From Amoebidium appalachense (Eukaryota > Protista > Ichthyosporea), in the NCBI GenBank assembly GCA_963693365.1, contig CAVNZM010000017.1, positions 2,657,527-2,721,526 of the forward strand: DNA of 64,000 bases, in the 5' to 3' direction. Below, one piece after another: positions 1-27,292 of the stretch. The position numbers and the translations under genes are program-made. The notes beneath the pieces were generated by a model. That model worked only from the letters and a program-made list of their open reading frames with translations, did not search any database and was not told the DNA's origin. Position 1 is the stretch's first letter; each line of letters starts with the position of its first letter.

Positions 1-15547
<15,547 letters not shown>

Positions 15548-15669
15548 GTGCATGTGGGGGAGGGGGGCGGGGGGAGGGAGGGGGAGGGGGGGGAGAGAGA
15601 GAGAGAGAGAGGGGGGGGGGGGGGGGGGACTTGCTGTGGATATGCTTGCAAACGTGATTGAGTTTTATC

Positions 15670-15706
<37 letters not shown>

Positions 15707-16525
15707 CTTTTCCTGTTTTGCTTTTGCCCCTCTAATAATAGATAGAACGAGGTTGAATTTCAGGCTCAATTAATTTGTTGGTGTTCCCCTTCCGCATGAT
15801 TTCACAACGCGCTTGAAGTTTTTAAAATTTACCAGTAAGGTACCTCAGACTGGGATGTATGTCTGTCGGCACCGCGGGTCTCGACAACGTGATTTTACGA
15901 AAGGGGGCCCTACGTATTCTCCTTCAGATTGAGAGATGACACGAGTAGCAGAACCGTATTTTCGCACATCTTTAGTTTCAATCGTGCAATGTTTAGAAGG
16001 AGCACACATGGGGGAGGAGGAGCAGGAAGGGAGAAGAGGGGGAGGGGGGGGGGGGGGGGGGTGTTCATGTCCACATCTGGTAAGATATCAGATGTGTGTG
16101 TATGTTTGAATAAAAAACGAGACTGAGTTGATTTCATGATGTTTATCTTTAGGTCTGGGTGTTATCTTGTTTACGAGCGCTTAGGTAAACGTATATATAC
16201 CATCTTATATACCACCAGTTAAACTAGATACAAGCAAATAACCGCACAACACTGTATATCCAGTATATCACATTTGGTTCAAACCACCTACATAGTTCTC
16301 CAAACACATGTACATTCTTCACACATACCCCTACAACAGGATCCCGCAAACACCGATTTCAGCAACAGATAGATATATTTTCACTATCATGTGCACATGT
16401 TTTAAACTGTCTTCTCATCATATCATAGATTATCGTAGGAAACACTGCACCGATTTCAACGCACAACAATTAAAGAGCATGATTTAGTATAAGAATACTA
16501 ATAACAGCGGAGAAGCAGAGAGAAT

Positions 16526-16565
<40 letters not shown>

Positions 16566-16755
16566 AATTTTTCAGTCACATGTTCATACTTATTCGTCAT
16601 CATATTAATATAGGTGATCACACGACAAGCCTTCACCAATATCACCTTAAACAACACATACACAGATGTTTACACAGCAATAACTATGGTTCGTTATTAC
16701 ACAAACTCACTACCCATACAAATACTTAATCTGAGATAATCTGGCACATATGACT

Positions 16756-16786
<31 letters not shown>

Positions 16787-17147
16787 ATCCCCCGGGCCCG
16801 CACACACAGGAACTTGAACACAAACACGCATGACCACACAACGGAATTTCATGCCACACACAAGGCCTATTGGTTTGTTAACTCGCCCTGCCTGCCCCCC
16901 CCCCCCCCCCCCCCCCCCCCTGTCACCCGCATTTCGACCTTCACAATAACAGGAGGCCAAATCCCCCCCCCCCCCCCCCCCCCCCCCACCCCACCAACCC
17001 ACCCCTTGCAAACGTTATTAAAAAACAAATAAACTAGAGAGCTGGAATCAAGACAAATTAACACAATAATATACAACAGAATAATTAAGACATACTTCAA
17101 TAATATTTACTATTTATGATATGTAATAACACAACAATAAGGATAGC

Positions 17148-19016
17148 CTACATCTTGCCGTGGTTGACAGCCAGGGCCCTCTCAAGCGAATTTACATACC
17201 CTTTCATCTTGACTATCTCCATTCTTGCATCCATCAACTGTGTCTGAATTTTTTTCCTCATCACCCTCTCCTCCCCCAATTGCCGTTGTGTATCCGCCAG
17301 TCGCTCGAGCAAAATGGTGTGTAGGGAGAACATATCCTCCTCCCTTCTACGTATATCTCTTTCCAGCCTCGCAAATTCGGTATCTTTGAATTTATCTCGC
17401 GCCCCCGCAGTCCCGGTCATCTCAACGTCGCCGGCGCATATGCTCCTCCTACGTGCGAGAGCGCTCTCCGTAACTTTCGACAGTTCTATCTCGTCGATTT
17501 TATCCGCTCCCTCGTCATTTTCAGCCGACTTGGAGGAATTTTCGACCTCCCCCTGCCCCTCCTTGTCGCTGCCACCTGCGCTCGCATTTTCGGTTATCTC
17601 CCCACTATCTCCCTCCTCCTCGCCGTCGTCCTTTTCCTCCTTCTCCTTCTCCCCTTCGTGCTCGCTCTCCTCGTGGTGGCTATCCAACACAGGGGGGATA
17701 TACGGAAGCGTATTTTTCGGTGAACGCATTCTTCCGCCTGGGGCACCGGGGGAGGTGGGAGAAAGCTGCGTGGAGTGTCGTTTGTGCAAAACATATCCCT
17801 TCTGCTCGGGTTCAAACAATACGGGTCTATTCAAAACGCCGACGCCTGCCGATTTAACCCTTCTTAGCTGCGAACCACCCACCGCCCCGTTTTGCGTGTT
17901 TTCCGTTTGCGTATCTCCAAGCTGCCGCGATGAATCCGGGTCGGGAACAACGGGCTGCAGAGGACGCCTGCGTCCTAACTCGTCCATAGAGCGGGTATGT
18001 AAAAAAGTGTTTACTTCCCGTTTTGGCTTAAAATAATCGGTGTGTGTTTCAGCATCATCGTCGTGCACCAAGACGATGTCTGCGCTCGCCTTCTTAACTA
18101 GAGGGGCCGTTGTTGCGGATGCTTTTTTGGGTAGTTCGGGGTGGGAACTGGGCATAGAAAAGCGGTTGGACAACTCACTTTCCTTGTGATTTTCGGACGT
18201 GTTATCGGTTGTTTTTGTTGTCGATGATGATGGTATAATATCCGACAAGGGGAGCTGCAAAACGAATCCTGCGGGGGCCTGTTGTTGGTTGGTTGGAGGC
18301 AAGGCCTGGGGGTCTGTGAGTGCGGGTCTGGCGAGGGGGGGATTGTGCCTGGACATAATGATTTCCGATTTTTCGGGCCTTTCCGTGTACTCGTTCTGTC
18401 CTCCAATGGCCGTCGACGCAGAAAACTCAGCGTTTGAGCGTGGTGATGTGGTGTATGCATGTGGTGACCGGGTGGATGCATGTGGATTCTGTTTGTTGGA
18501 CTTAGAGGGAGGGAGGGGGGAAGCGTATTGCAAGGGTGATGGTTTGGGTTGCCCTTCGGGACCTCCCCCGGACAGGTATTTCTGCATCCAGCTGTCAAAC
18601 GTCATCGCCACCTGCTGTGGCCCCGAATCATCATGTTTCGGGTCCGTGTTTTGCGTTTGTGTGTGCGGGTACGTGCGATTTAACTCTGCCTGGCCATCTA
18701 CGCTGCCCGCTCCGACCGACTCTCTACGAAAAGCGGGTGAAGCACCATTAGTCCAGTTCGGCGGAGCTGCAGCCCTATCTGTCGAGTTTTCTCTTTCCTC
18801 AACTTGTCGTGGACTTGTCTCTCTTAAAGGAATTGAAGATAAGGTCATGTTCCTACCATTCCCATTTGAGCAGCCAAGCGGGGGAGAAACGGCATCATCA
18901 CGTGCAGGTGCCTGTCTCAGTGAGAGGGGTGGGGGTGTGGAGGTGGATGTGGGGGCGGGAGGGGGGAAGTCTCCCGCTGTCCACATTCCACTCTTACGCT
19001 CGTATACGTGATACAT
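17148..19016 (-). CDS. Hypothetical protein, 622 aa, intronless; S/P/T-rich disordered body, acidic tract and C-terminal coiled coil
   Basis: Long non-repetitive ORF with an ATG start; C-terminal heptad region FARLERDIRRREEDMFSLHTILLERLADTQRQL...VNSLERAL. Confidence 0.8.
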   Translation of the reverse strand: MYHVYERKSGMWTAGDFPPPAPTSTSTPPPLSLRQAPARDDAVSPPLGCSNGNGRNMTLSSIPLRETSPRQVEERENSTDRAAAPPNWTNGASPAFRRESVGAGSVDGQAELNRTYPHTQTQNTDPKHDDSGPQQVAMTFDSWMQKYLSGGGPEGQPKPSPLQYASPLPPSKSNKQNPHASTRSPHAYTTSPRSNAEFSASTAIGGQNEYTERPEKSEIIMSRHNPPLARPALTDPQALPPTNQQQAPAGFVLQLPLSDIIPSSSTTKTTDNTSENHKESELSNRFSMPSSHPELPKKASATTAPLVKKASADIVLVHDDDAETHTDYFKPKREVNTFLHTRSMDELGRRRPLQPVVPDPDSSRQLGDTQTENTQNGAVGGSQLRRVKSAGVGVLNRPVLFEPEQKGYVLHKRHSTQLSPTSPGAPGGRMRSPKNTLPYIPPVLDSHHEESEHEGEKEKEEKDDGEEEGDSGEITENASAGGSDKEGQGEVENSSKSAENDEGADKIDEIELSKVTESALARRRSICAGDVEMTGTAGARDKFKDTEFARLERDIRRREEDMFSLHTILLERLADTQRQLGEERVMRKKIQTQLMDARMEIVKMKGYVNSLERALAVNHGKM

Positions 19017-19885
19017 TTTGGCACACGTGTGTTCTTCTACGACACGCTAATCTCTAAACGAGCTCCCTACCTAACCTAAAAGTGCAGTTCTTAGCCCCAG
19101 AAACAACCAAATTTTTGTGAGTAGAGGGTGTGAGAGTTGATTTGTATGTCTTGTCTTATGAATTGGTATGACTAGTGCATGTTTCAAGGTTTCTGCACGA
19201 AAGTGGTCTCATTCCCAACTTGGAAGTCACCCAAAGAGCATAATAGACATGGCCATGAATTGGAAAGTAGAACTGTCGTCACCAAGTCCCGGCTTCAGGG
19301 GGAAAATTTGAAGCAATTTAGCGTGGCCCAGTGCAGCACCTTGCCTGTCTATTTATGTGTGCCTCCGTGAACACGTGTTGGTCTGCCCCTTTGTGCGTGC
19401 AGTGCGTGTGCGTGTGAGTGCGTGTGCTGTGTCAAGTTGTGTGTTTTATGTAGGCCACCGCATAGCCTAAATCATTTTATGAGCCACCGCATGAATCATT
19501 TTATTGCATGCATGGAATGTGTATGCATGACACTGGATACTCCCTGAAATTTCGAAAATCGCCAGTGTGCCACCGGGACAGGGACTTACCATATGTACAT
19601 AGGCCTACGTGGGAGCCACCAAGTTGATGATTCTTTTTTTTCATAATTCCCCTAACTATTCTTCTGAGTATGCAGCACAATAATTATCAAGTATTTTGTG
19701 GATAAACAAGAGTTCAAAGACATAGCCCTACCATTTTGAAATGCCACGAGTTATCCCCGGTTTATCTCTCTCCCTCGGCTCCCCTCCAGCCTGGATCGAA
19801 AGGCCCCTAGGGCCGAGCCCATGTTTGGCCCGGGGATGGGGCGCAGGGGCCTGGTGAGGGGGGAGAGGGGAGAAGGGTGGAAGGT

Positions 19886-19916
<31 letters not shown>

Positions 19917-20745
19917 GTTTATGTTTACTTCTACATATATATATTGTTTGGGGTGCATGTCCGCGTGCCCTTATATGTGACCGTGACGTGAGCTCCAATG
20001 CATGCTCAATTTCCGAATCGGTTTCTGCAGACTGCTTATGCGAATTTTAAAATCAAATTGCCACAACAGGCGTTTAAGTTTATGTCGTATCTACTGTAGT
20101 TATGAACTGCAGGCAACATGTGAATCTGTATGGGCACACCCGGGGGAGTTGGGAGACCTTGCAAATATTTCCACGTTGGCTGAGTCCAGACAAAGGTGGC
20201 ATTGTGTTGACATTTTGTGGTCCATTAACTGGCATATGTATTTGTCATGTCATGCACTGCAGACACTCTTTTATGCCAGAGTATGTACTACTTAGGAGTG
20301 AAACTTTCGAGTGAAACTTTCTATGATCTAGCAATGATGAACGGAACTACAGCATTGGTTCCGAAACGCGAAGCACTAATGGAAAGCAGTTGCCGCTATG
20401 TGCATCCGACCACTGAACAAAAAAGCAACCGTATCGGCAGCTGCCGTAAACCAGGCCAGAGAAAAAATAAACATACACTGCTCAAATAATGTCGCATATT
20501 TTGTTGGCGGACACCGAGGCAAAACACTCGATGCTAAAAAAGTGTGCATCTGCCAAAATAAAACAAGAACACTCACAAAAAACCCCTGCTGACTGACCCA
20601 CCAGCCCAAAAATCCATGTGAAGAAAAAGGAAAGAGAGCGCAAAAAAGTAACAGGACTTGAGAAGCAGCCGAGCCTACACAAAATTGGCTCTAGTAAAAA
20701 CTCCGCAAAACCACGCTAAATTCTAATGCAGCTAATAAGAAAAAC

Positions 20746-21255
20746 TTAATGCTGAAGTTGCTGAGGAGGACAGGTGATGTAGCGGTTGAGCATGTTTGCG
20801 AGTTTCTCCAACAGGTCGTTGCCTTTTACACACTCCTTGTCCTTGTTGATGATGTACCACCCGCGCGGCTCGCGGCGGAACAGGAAGTACCCATTAGGGC
20901 ACAGAGATTCGAAGCCTTCACCCTTTGGCTTGGTGACGTCAAACACTTCCGTTCCCTCGGCGATGAGATAGCGTTGCCTGTCACAGGCAATAGCAGCCTG
21001 ATACTTAAACTCGTAAGCAATATCCTTGAGCATGTAAGGCCCGCTCACTCTCCTCTCCTGTTTGGGTGCAACAGCGGCGGTGGCTGGGAAGGCGTATGTG
21101 CCGACGCCCGGAACATCTACGTTCTCTGCGTTGTTTGCTTGGTTCCAGTTGGTAAACCCTTGGCTGAGGTAGCTGTTGCTGGCCGGGGCAGCACAGGACA
21201 TGGCAAGCAGGGAAAGAACGAGCGCCGCAACGGGCGCAGGAAGAAAAGAAACCAT
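20746..21255 (-). CDS. Small secreted protein, ~169 aa, unknown function
   Basis: ATG at 21255 followed by a signal-peptide-like MVSFLPAPVAALVLSLLAMSCA; four Cys in the mature part; coding-like composition; no introns. Confidence 0.75.
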   Translation of the reverse strand: MVSFLPAPVAALVLSLLAMSCAAPASNSYLSQGFTNWNQANNAENVDVPGVGTYAFPATAAVAPKQERRVSGPYMLKDIAYEFKYQAAIACDRQRYLIAEGTEVFDVTKPKGEGFESLCPNGYFLFRREPRGWYIINKDKECVKGNDLLEKLANMLNRYITCPPQQLQH

Positions 21256-22607
21256 GTTGTCTGTGTGCTGAAGACCGAAACGGAGGGTCGAAGTCAAAAC
21301 AGGAAGAAGCGGAAAACTAAGTCTGGTGAATCTACTTCGGAAACAGGAAAACAAAGCCAAGACAAACTTTACAAAACTTGGCAAAGACGAACTTTGGAAA
21401 TATAGGCGAAAGCTTGTCGCTCATGGGCGAAGAACTTTTGAAGTCAACTGAAAACGAAAATGTGCGACAGCTGTTGGGCCGGCAATGGTGCGGCAGTATT
21501 TAGCTGTGACATAGCGTCCTGTGATTGGTTGCGGCGTTGGGGGTGTTTCAATAGCGCTGTTCGCATGCCAATTGTGCAATTACCACACTATGCCAAACTA
21601 TTTGCAGAATCATAACAGCTACATAATGACAAAATTATAGTAATATGATACGTATAAATGCACTTCCCCCCGTCTTTACAGTTTATTCTCATAGTTAATT
21701 CCTATGGATATAAAATACGTAGAGCACGGGGTTTTGGAGGTCACGCGCAAGAAACTGTTAAGCGATTGGGTTAGAATCACGAAAGCTCAATTAACATGCC
21801 AATCGGACCTTCAAAGTGTATGGAAAAAATCCGATTGGCGGGGAAGAGATGGGGGAGTTATGCACTTTGTATTGCTGCGGAGTCGGACTGTATTACACAG
21901 CGGACATGTGGCTGGGCCTCCAGCAGTGTCCACGCAATAAAAAGTGTGTAAACCCCAGCGGACATCGTCACGGGCCCAGCCTCACTTGACGGCCTACTGC
22001 GTTTTCCAGCACAGCCAATCAAATGCAGCTAGTGACTTTGGTACACTGTATGCAATAAAACAACCCGAGTATAATTCAATAAGCAGAAGCTAGCATTGGT
22101 AGCTCCGAGAGAAAGTTAAGACACCGTATCACAATATCATACTGTGCAGCATTAATAAGGTGATCTAACACGGTCATTTTATAACGGATATACTGGGGGG
22201 GAGAAGTAGAAAAGAGAATAAAGCCGCCCATAACCTCCGGTTCTACCACATTAGCTACAAAACAGGTTACACTTATTGATAGATATGCATCCGCGAGTAA
22301 ACCGCCCCCCACACATATTACACGCACGAGCAGGAGACACCAAAAACCGATTACAACGCCAAGACATAATCATCTTTGCATATGTATACGACACAACATC
22401 ATGCCGGAATAAACGAATCTATATAGGAGCGAGATTGTCTAACCGTATCCGCCATATAGGCTACTAGTAGTTGGTGTTTTTGCTGACCTAACACTGGGAG
22501 GGACTCGACACGTAAAGTAAAAAGGTATCTATCTATCAGCCATAGACTTATTTAAAACTATTCATAGTCACACTATGCCCTACCACCTACTGAGGCGGTG
22601 TCTCCTT

Positions 22608-22609
<2 letters not shown>

Positions 22610-22649
<40 letters not shown>

Positions 22650-23060
22650 AAAAGGGCCGCCTAAGTAGATGTAAAAACGTCGCACGTGCGGCAACACGTC
22701 AGTACGTGTTAGCACTATGCCGGGTCCAGCCGTACCTCCCGGAGTCCCGTGGAGTCGCCAGCCACTCCGCATATCGCTCGACAATGGGCAGAGACGATGT
22801 GGATGTGGAAGGGAAGTGGTGCGGGAGGGGCGAGTCCGGCGGGGATGCGTGTAGCCGGCGCCGGAAGTGTGGATGGGTCGGGGCAATGGCGGATAGGCGG
22901 GTGATGTGCTCGTGAAATTTAAGTGCTAATTCGTGTATGCGTTGTGATGGTGGTGTCACTGGTGTGAGTGCGTATAAAGAATCGAAAAGGCGTCTACAAG
23001 GAAAGGCCAGTAAGAAACGTACAACAAGTTGTGTTGATTGTATGCCAATAAAAAGCCACC
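22610..23060 (-). mobile_element. 5'-truncated non-LTR retrotransposon (LINE) 3' fragment with poly(A) tail
   Basis: T-run at 22610-22645 (poly-A on the - strand) lies ~50 bp after the stop of an ORF end (SLYALTPVTPPSQRIHELALKFHEHITRL) resembling the post-RT C-terminus of LINE ORF2. No TSD found. Confidence 0.5.
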
Positions 23061-23610
23061 ATGCAGCATTGTGTGGTGATTGGCCTCCGACACAGAATAT
23101 TTCTTTTTGTTATATCTACAATATATCCAAATTCAACGAAAACGGTTACTTCGGCGGCCCTCGGCAAAATGCAACGGGCTTTGGGTTAACAACTCTCGAG
23201 TGTTTTTTCCTTGGGCATTACATATCTAAACTAAAAAAAATAAACTTATATTGTCTAATAAATACAGGTAGTTTGGTTGCAATTACACCACACTACGCTA
23301 AAAACGGGAAAATGCATGCATAGGCCAAGGAAAAGGCATTTGTTTTGACAAAATCGAGATATATCTATTCATCACCGCTGCATTGGAGTGATCAGGATAT
23401 TTATGCATCTCTCGGCCATGTCCAAATGCATTGTTCATGAGTTCACGCTGCAGCACGCTATCGTTGGCAAACATTTTCATGTGCATGCCATATGGAAAAG
23501 TTCACAGATCTATATCTGCCAACGTACGTGTCGCCCGGACTCCGGACGACAGGTTTGCACAGCTATTTCTCACGTGCACCAGACAGACCTGCGCAGGTTT
23601 CGGACAGCCG

Positions 23611-23808
23611 ATCGCGACTCGCCGAGCCAGATCCGGAAGCGTGACATCATCGGATAGGTATACCAGTGTGTACGTGATGCGAGCCGAAGGAGCGCAACTA
23701 CCGTCTACACTCTACAATCGCGACTCGCCGAGTCTAGATCCGTAAGCGTGACATCATCGGATAGGTATACCGCGTGTGTTCGTGATGCGAGCCGAAGGAG
23801 CACAATTA
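23611..23808. repeat. ~106-bp tandem duplication (2 copies)
   Basis: atcgcgactcgccgag..agatccg.aagcgtgacatcatcggataggtatacc...gatgcgagccgaaggagc at ~23611 and ~23717. Confidence 0.85.
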
Positions 23809-24085
23809 CAATCGGATATGTTGTTGCTTTCGATTTGCTTATCGCATATTGGCTCGGCTCAGCCAAGTGCCCCCTGGGCACGATCATCAGAAACGTACAC
23901 ATACCATGGCATGCACTGCCTCTCCACGAACAAAATCCAAATAAACACACCGCACGAAGAAAACCCCTCTACGTATACCCTATCCTCCCCCTCCACTACC
24001 CTCAATGCGTGGGCGTGTGTTTGTGTACATGTGTGTGTGTGTGTGTGTGTACATGTGTTTGTGTTTGTGTGTGTGTGTGTCTGCC

Positions 24086-24201
<116 letters not shown>

Positions 24202-24733
24202 ATGTATGTGTACATGTGTGGGTGTGTGTCTGTGTGTGTGTGTGTGCCGTAGCCAATCAGCAAGAGACCGGGAAATGCAACACAGCTCGGGCGGGTGGGT
24301 GGGGCTAAGTAGGGGCCGACGGGGAAACAAAGCTATAGCTACAATAAGACGAGTAGAACGAGTCGCCGCCTACATACCATAGGCGGCTCCCTGGTGGCCA
24401 CAGACTGATAATCATTGTTGGAACACTATTCCAACCAATCAGTTGGCCTAAATACACCTCTAAATAGAGCTTGATGAATCAAGCGAGGTATTTAGATATG
24501 TTGTTGCTATCTGCGACCACATTCTTATTTTACAGAAATAATACACAAAGCTGGATAGCAGGAGTGGCCCGGCGAGTGATTTTCATCCAATCATTATTAA
24601 TAAAGGGGCGGGTGCTGTCCGTCCAATAGGAAGGCACGCATTCGCCAAGACCGGACACCGACCGGAAACACCACTTCTTCGGGGGCTAGGTCCGTGTGGG
24701 CCTGTGCCATCCCTTGCACCACCGGCCACATTA

Positions 24734-25140
24734 TTAAGGCGGTGTCCCACAGGCCGGGACCACTATTATTCCCTGCGCACGTTCCCGCGGAATCTTCGCC
24801 ACTGTCCGCAACGGAAACGATGGCGCCCACCAGCTGGGGGCCTGCCATTCGGTGGCAAGCCCAACCTGCCCACCGCTCACGGGGACCACCGCGGTCCATG
24901 TGTGAAACGTGGGTTTGACTGCTATCACGGGTGTAGCAAACTGATCCACCGTCGTGTGCAATCCGAGTGTCTGCTCGATACTAGTACGCTCGACCCCCGC
25001 AGGTGTAACCGACCACTCGTGGCGGGGATCAATCCGCGCTCCGCACGGTCGTTCACTTCGCCCGGAATGTATGACAGCTCTTGGGGCAAGGGGAGCCCCT
25101 TTACCAAACACAACTGCAGCAGCTGCCAGTACTCACTCGC
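24734..25140 (-). pseudogene. DIRS RNase H C-terminus plus DNA adenine methyltransferase-like domain (frameshifted)
   Basis: DxFA motif, degenerate NPP-equivalent region (WWAPSF) and IIVVP, as in DIRS MT domains. Confidence 0.7.
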
Positions 25141-25144
25141 TGCA

Positions 25145-25236
25145 TGTTGGAATACGTCACCATGTATGACAGCAAGAGCCTTGAAGTATGTATGTGTCCT
25201 AGCTTGTTTGTATTCGTGTCTGCTTTCCTCCTTTGT

Positions 25237-25331
<95 letters not shown>

Positions 25332-26084
25332 CCCCCCCCCCCCCCCCCCCCCCCGTATCTCTCTCTCCCTTGTTCCTGTGGGCACAGATATCTGTAGATC
25401 TGTGCACACCTGGCTCTCTTGCCTGATAAGAACTTATTGTGTTTTTATTTCTGTTTGCTCTCCTCTGTTTATCTGAGAGGTAGCGTGATTGGCTAGCCTC
25501 ACTCGTTGTCTTTCCTTTATTTCAAAATGGCCTAGTTTTGTTCTCAAAAGGATGGCTCGCCAACAGTCGCGAGCGAGTACATCTGTAGATTGTGTTGTGC
25601 ATTCCTGTCTGTTAATATATGTGTGTTGTGATTGGACAATAGATATATATGGAATTCGGTTTATTGCAAAGTGTCTTCACTTTGAGAGTGTCGACTGTTA
25701 GGAAATATATGTATTTAAATAAGTTTCTTTATAGAGACGAACATAAATATATATGTGAGTTAATAGTGACTAGATGTATAATTACTTAATTTATTTAAGT
25801 AAGAGTTTCTACACTTTAGTTTAATCGGAAGTTGGAATGCGTATGCTCTGTCGGAATGTGTTTTTCTATCTTCTGATAGAACCGATTGGTTCTCCCTCTT
25901 TAGTTGTGATAAGGTGATAAGTCGCAAGTACAAAAGGAACCGAGAGCACAATAAAGATTCAGTTGTTGTTTGAAATCTTTCAATGTCTCGTGAACAACTC
26001 CGATTGCCCTCTCATTAATGTGTTAGTCGTGTTTTACATGACACCTCTGTGCACTCTGCTCCCTTAGACCCGTAAAAAACAACA
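25145..26084. mobile_element. Solo LTR (940 bp) inserted in the DIRS RNase H
   Basis: Starts TGTTGG and ends CAACA; 5-bp TSD CTGCA at 25140-25144 and 26085-26089; removing it rejoins the two RNase H halves. Confidence 0.85.
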
Positions 26085-27292
26085 CTGCATGGCGGGGCTG
26101 CTGCTGCCCTTTTTGCGCACCGCGCCCAACGCGGCCTGGGCGTCTGACTGCCAGCGTACGCGCTGGCGTTGGATTTGGGCCTGCATTTCGGGCCTGCGGT
26201 AGGCCTTGAGTAGGCCCTTGCACTCCGCCACTGCAGCCGCCCGCGGTGCATCGCTATCCGCCCAACGACCGAAAGCCTCCACAACCTGCGTGGTTGGTAG
26301 GCCCAACTGTAGGACTGCCCCCGGGCCCCACCCGTGTGAGGTGGCAGCATCTGTGATGAGAGTGGCCGTGATAGGCTCAGGCCAGAATTCCGTGCGGGGA
26401 AGCCGACCTATAATAATACCCATGGTTTTACCGATAATGCGTAGCTGCCGACCCGTTAACCGCACAAAGCTACGCCAGTTCCCGCCGCGTAGAGCACCAT
26501 ACACCGGCCGGACAACCGTGAGTAGGTGAGGCACCGCCGCACGCAAACTAACAACCAACCCTAGCCATCTAGCCACCTGCTTCTTTTCCACCCACCGCCG
26601 TCCTTTGCGCGCCTTAGCCATTAAAGAACGTGTTTCCCCCGATAATTTTTCCAAAGACGCCACTGTGGGAGACAAATACCCTTCCTCCAAACTTATGTGG
26701 ATGCCCAAATGGTCGAGGACACTCACTGGGTCCCAATGACCCTTATTCGGATGCTTCTTAAGGCTGGTGACTTTCAATTTCTGCTCCACCACCCCGCATG
26801 TGTCGAGTGCCCGTGCCGCCTGTTCGAAGATGGCCCAGTCATCGAGGAAAACCAACGAACGGATGCCGCGTGCACGTAACCGACGCGTGAACTCGCGCAT
26901 AAGGCGCATGAAAAAGTAGGGACTGAGGGAGTCACCGAAGGGAAGCACCGTGTACTGGTAGAGTTGTCCCCCCACACGATTTTGGAAATACTTGCGGAAC
27001 CGGGGTTGAATGGCTAATGCAAAATAGTATCCGTCTTCGAGGTCGAAACTGAAAGCGTGGTCACCCGGCTGCGCGAGCGCCGCAAGTCGCTGAGGGTTTC
27101 GTACTTGACACCACGTTCGACGGCACGTATTCATTCACAGGACGCGTATCAATAATGAGCCGGACGTTTCTGTTGGGCTTCCGCAGCCCAAAAGACGTTG
27201 AAACACCATTTTGCGCTCTCAGGCACTGTCTCGAGGGCCCCCTTACTCACTAACCGTTCAACTTCCACCACCGCTTCTGCCTCTGAAACTTC
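26085..27292 (-). pseudogene. DIRS reverse transcriptase/RNase H (frameshifted, interrupted)
   Basis: ORF 26064-27134 with DLEDGYY, LPFG, FLDD and TDAA motifs; upstream frames give GLRKPNRNVRLIIDTRPVN. Confidence 0.85.

Noticed and set aside
16527-19016. The 622-aa gene as a processed retrocopy with a poly(A) tail
   Set aside because: No TSD found, and long T runs also occur elsewhere (e.g. ~15673-15706).
17314-21405. Long antisense ORFs (17314-18036, 18199-19011, 20749-21405), and similar ones over the retroelement genes
   Set aside because: They are shadows of genuine genes on the opposite strand.
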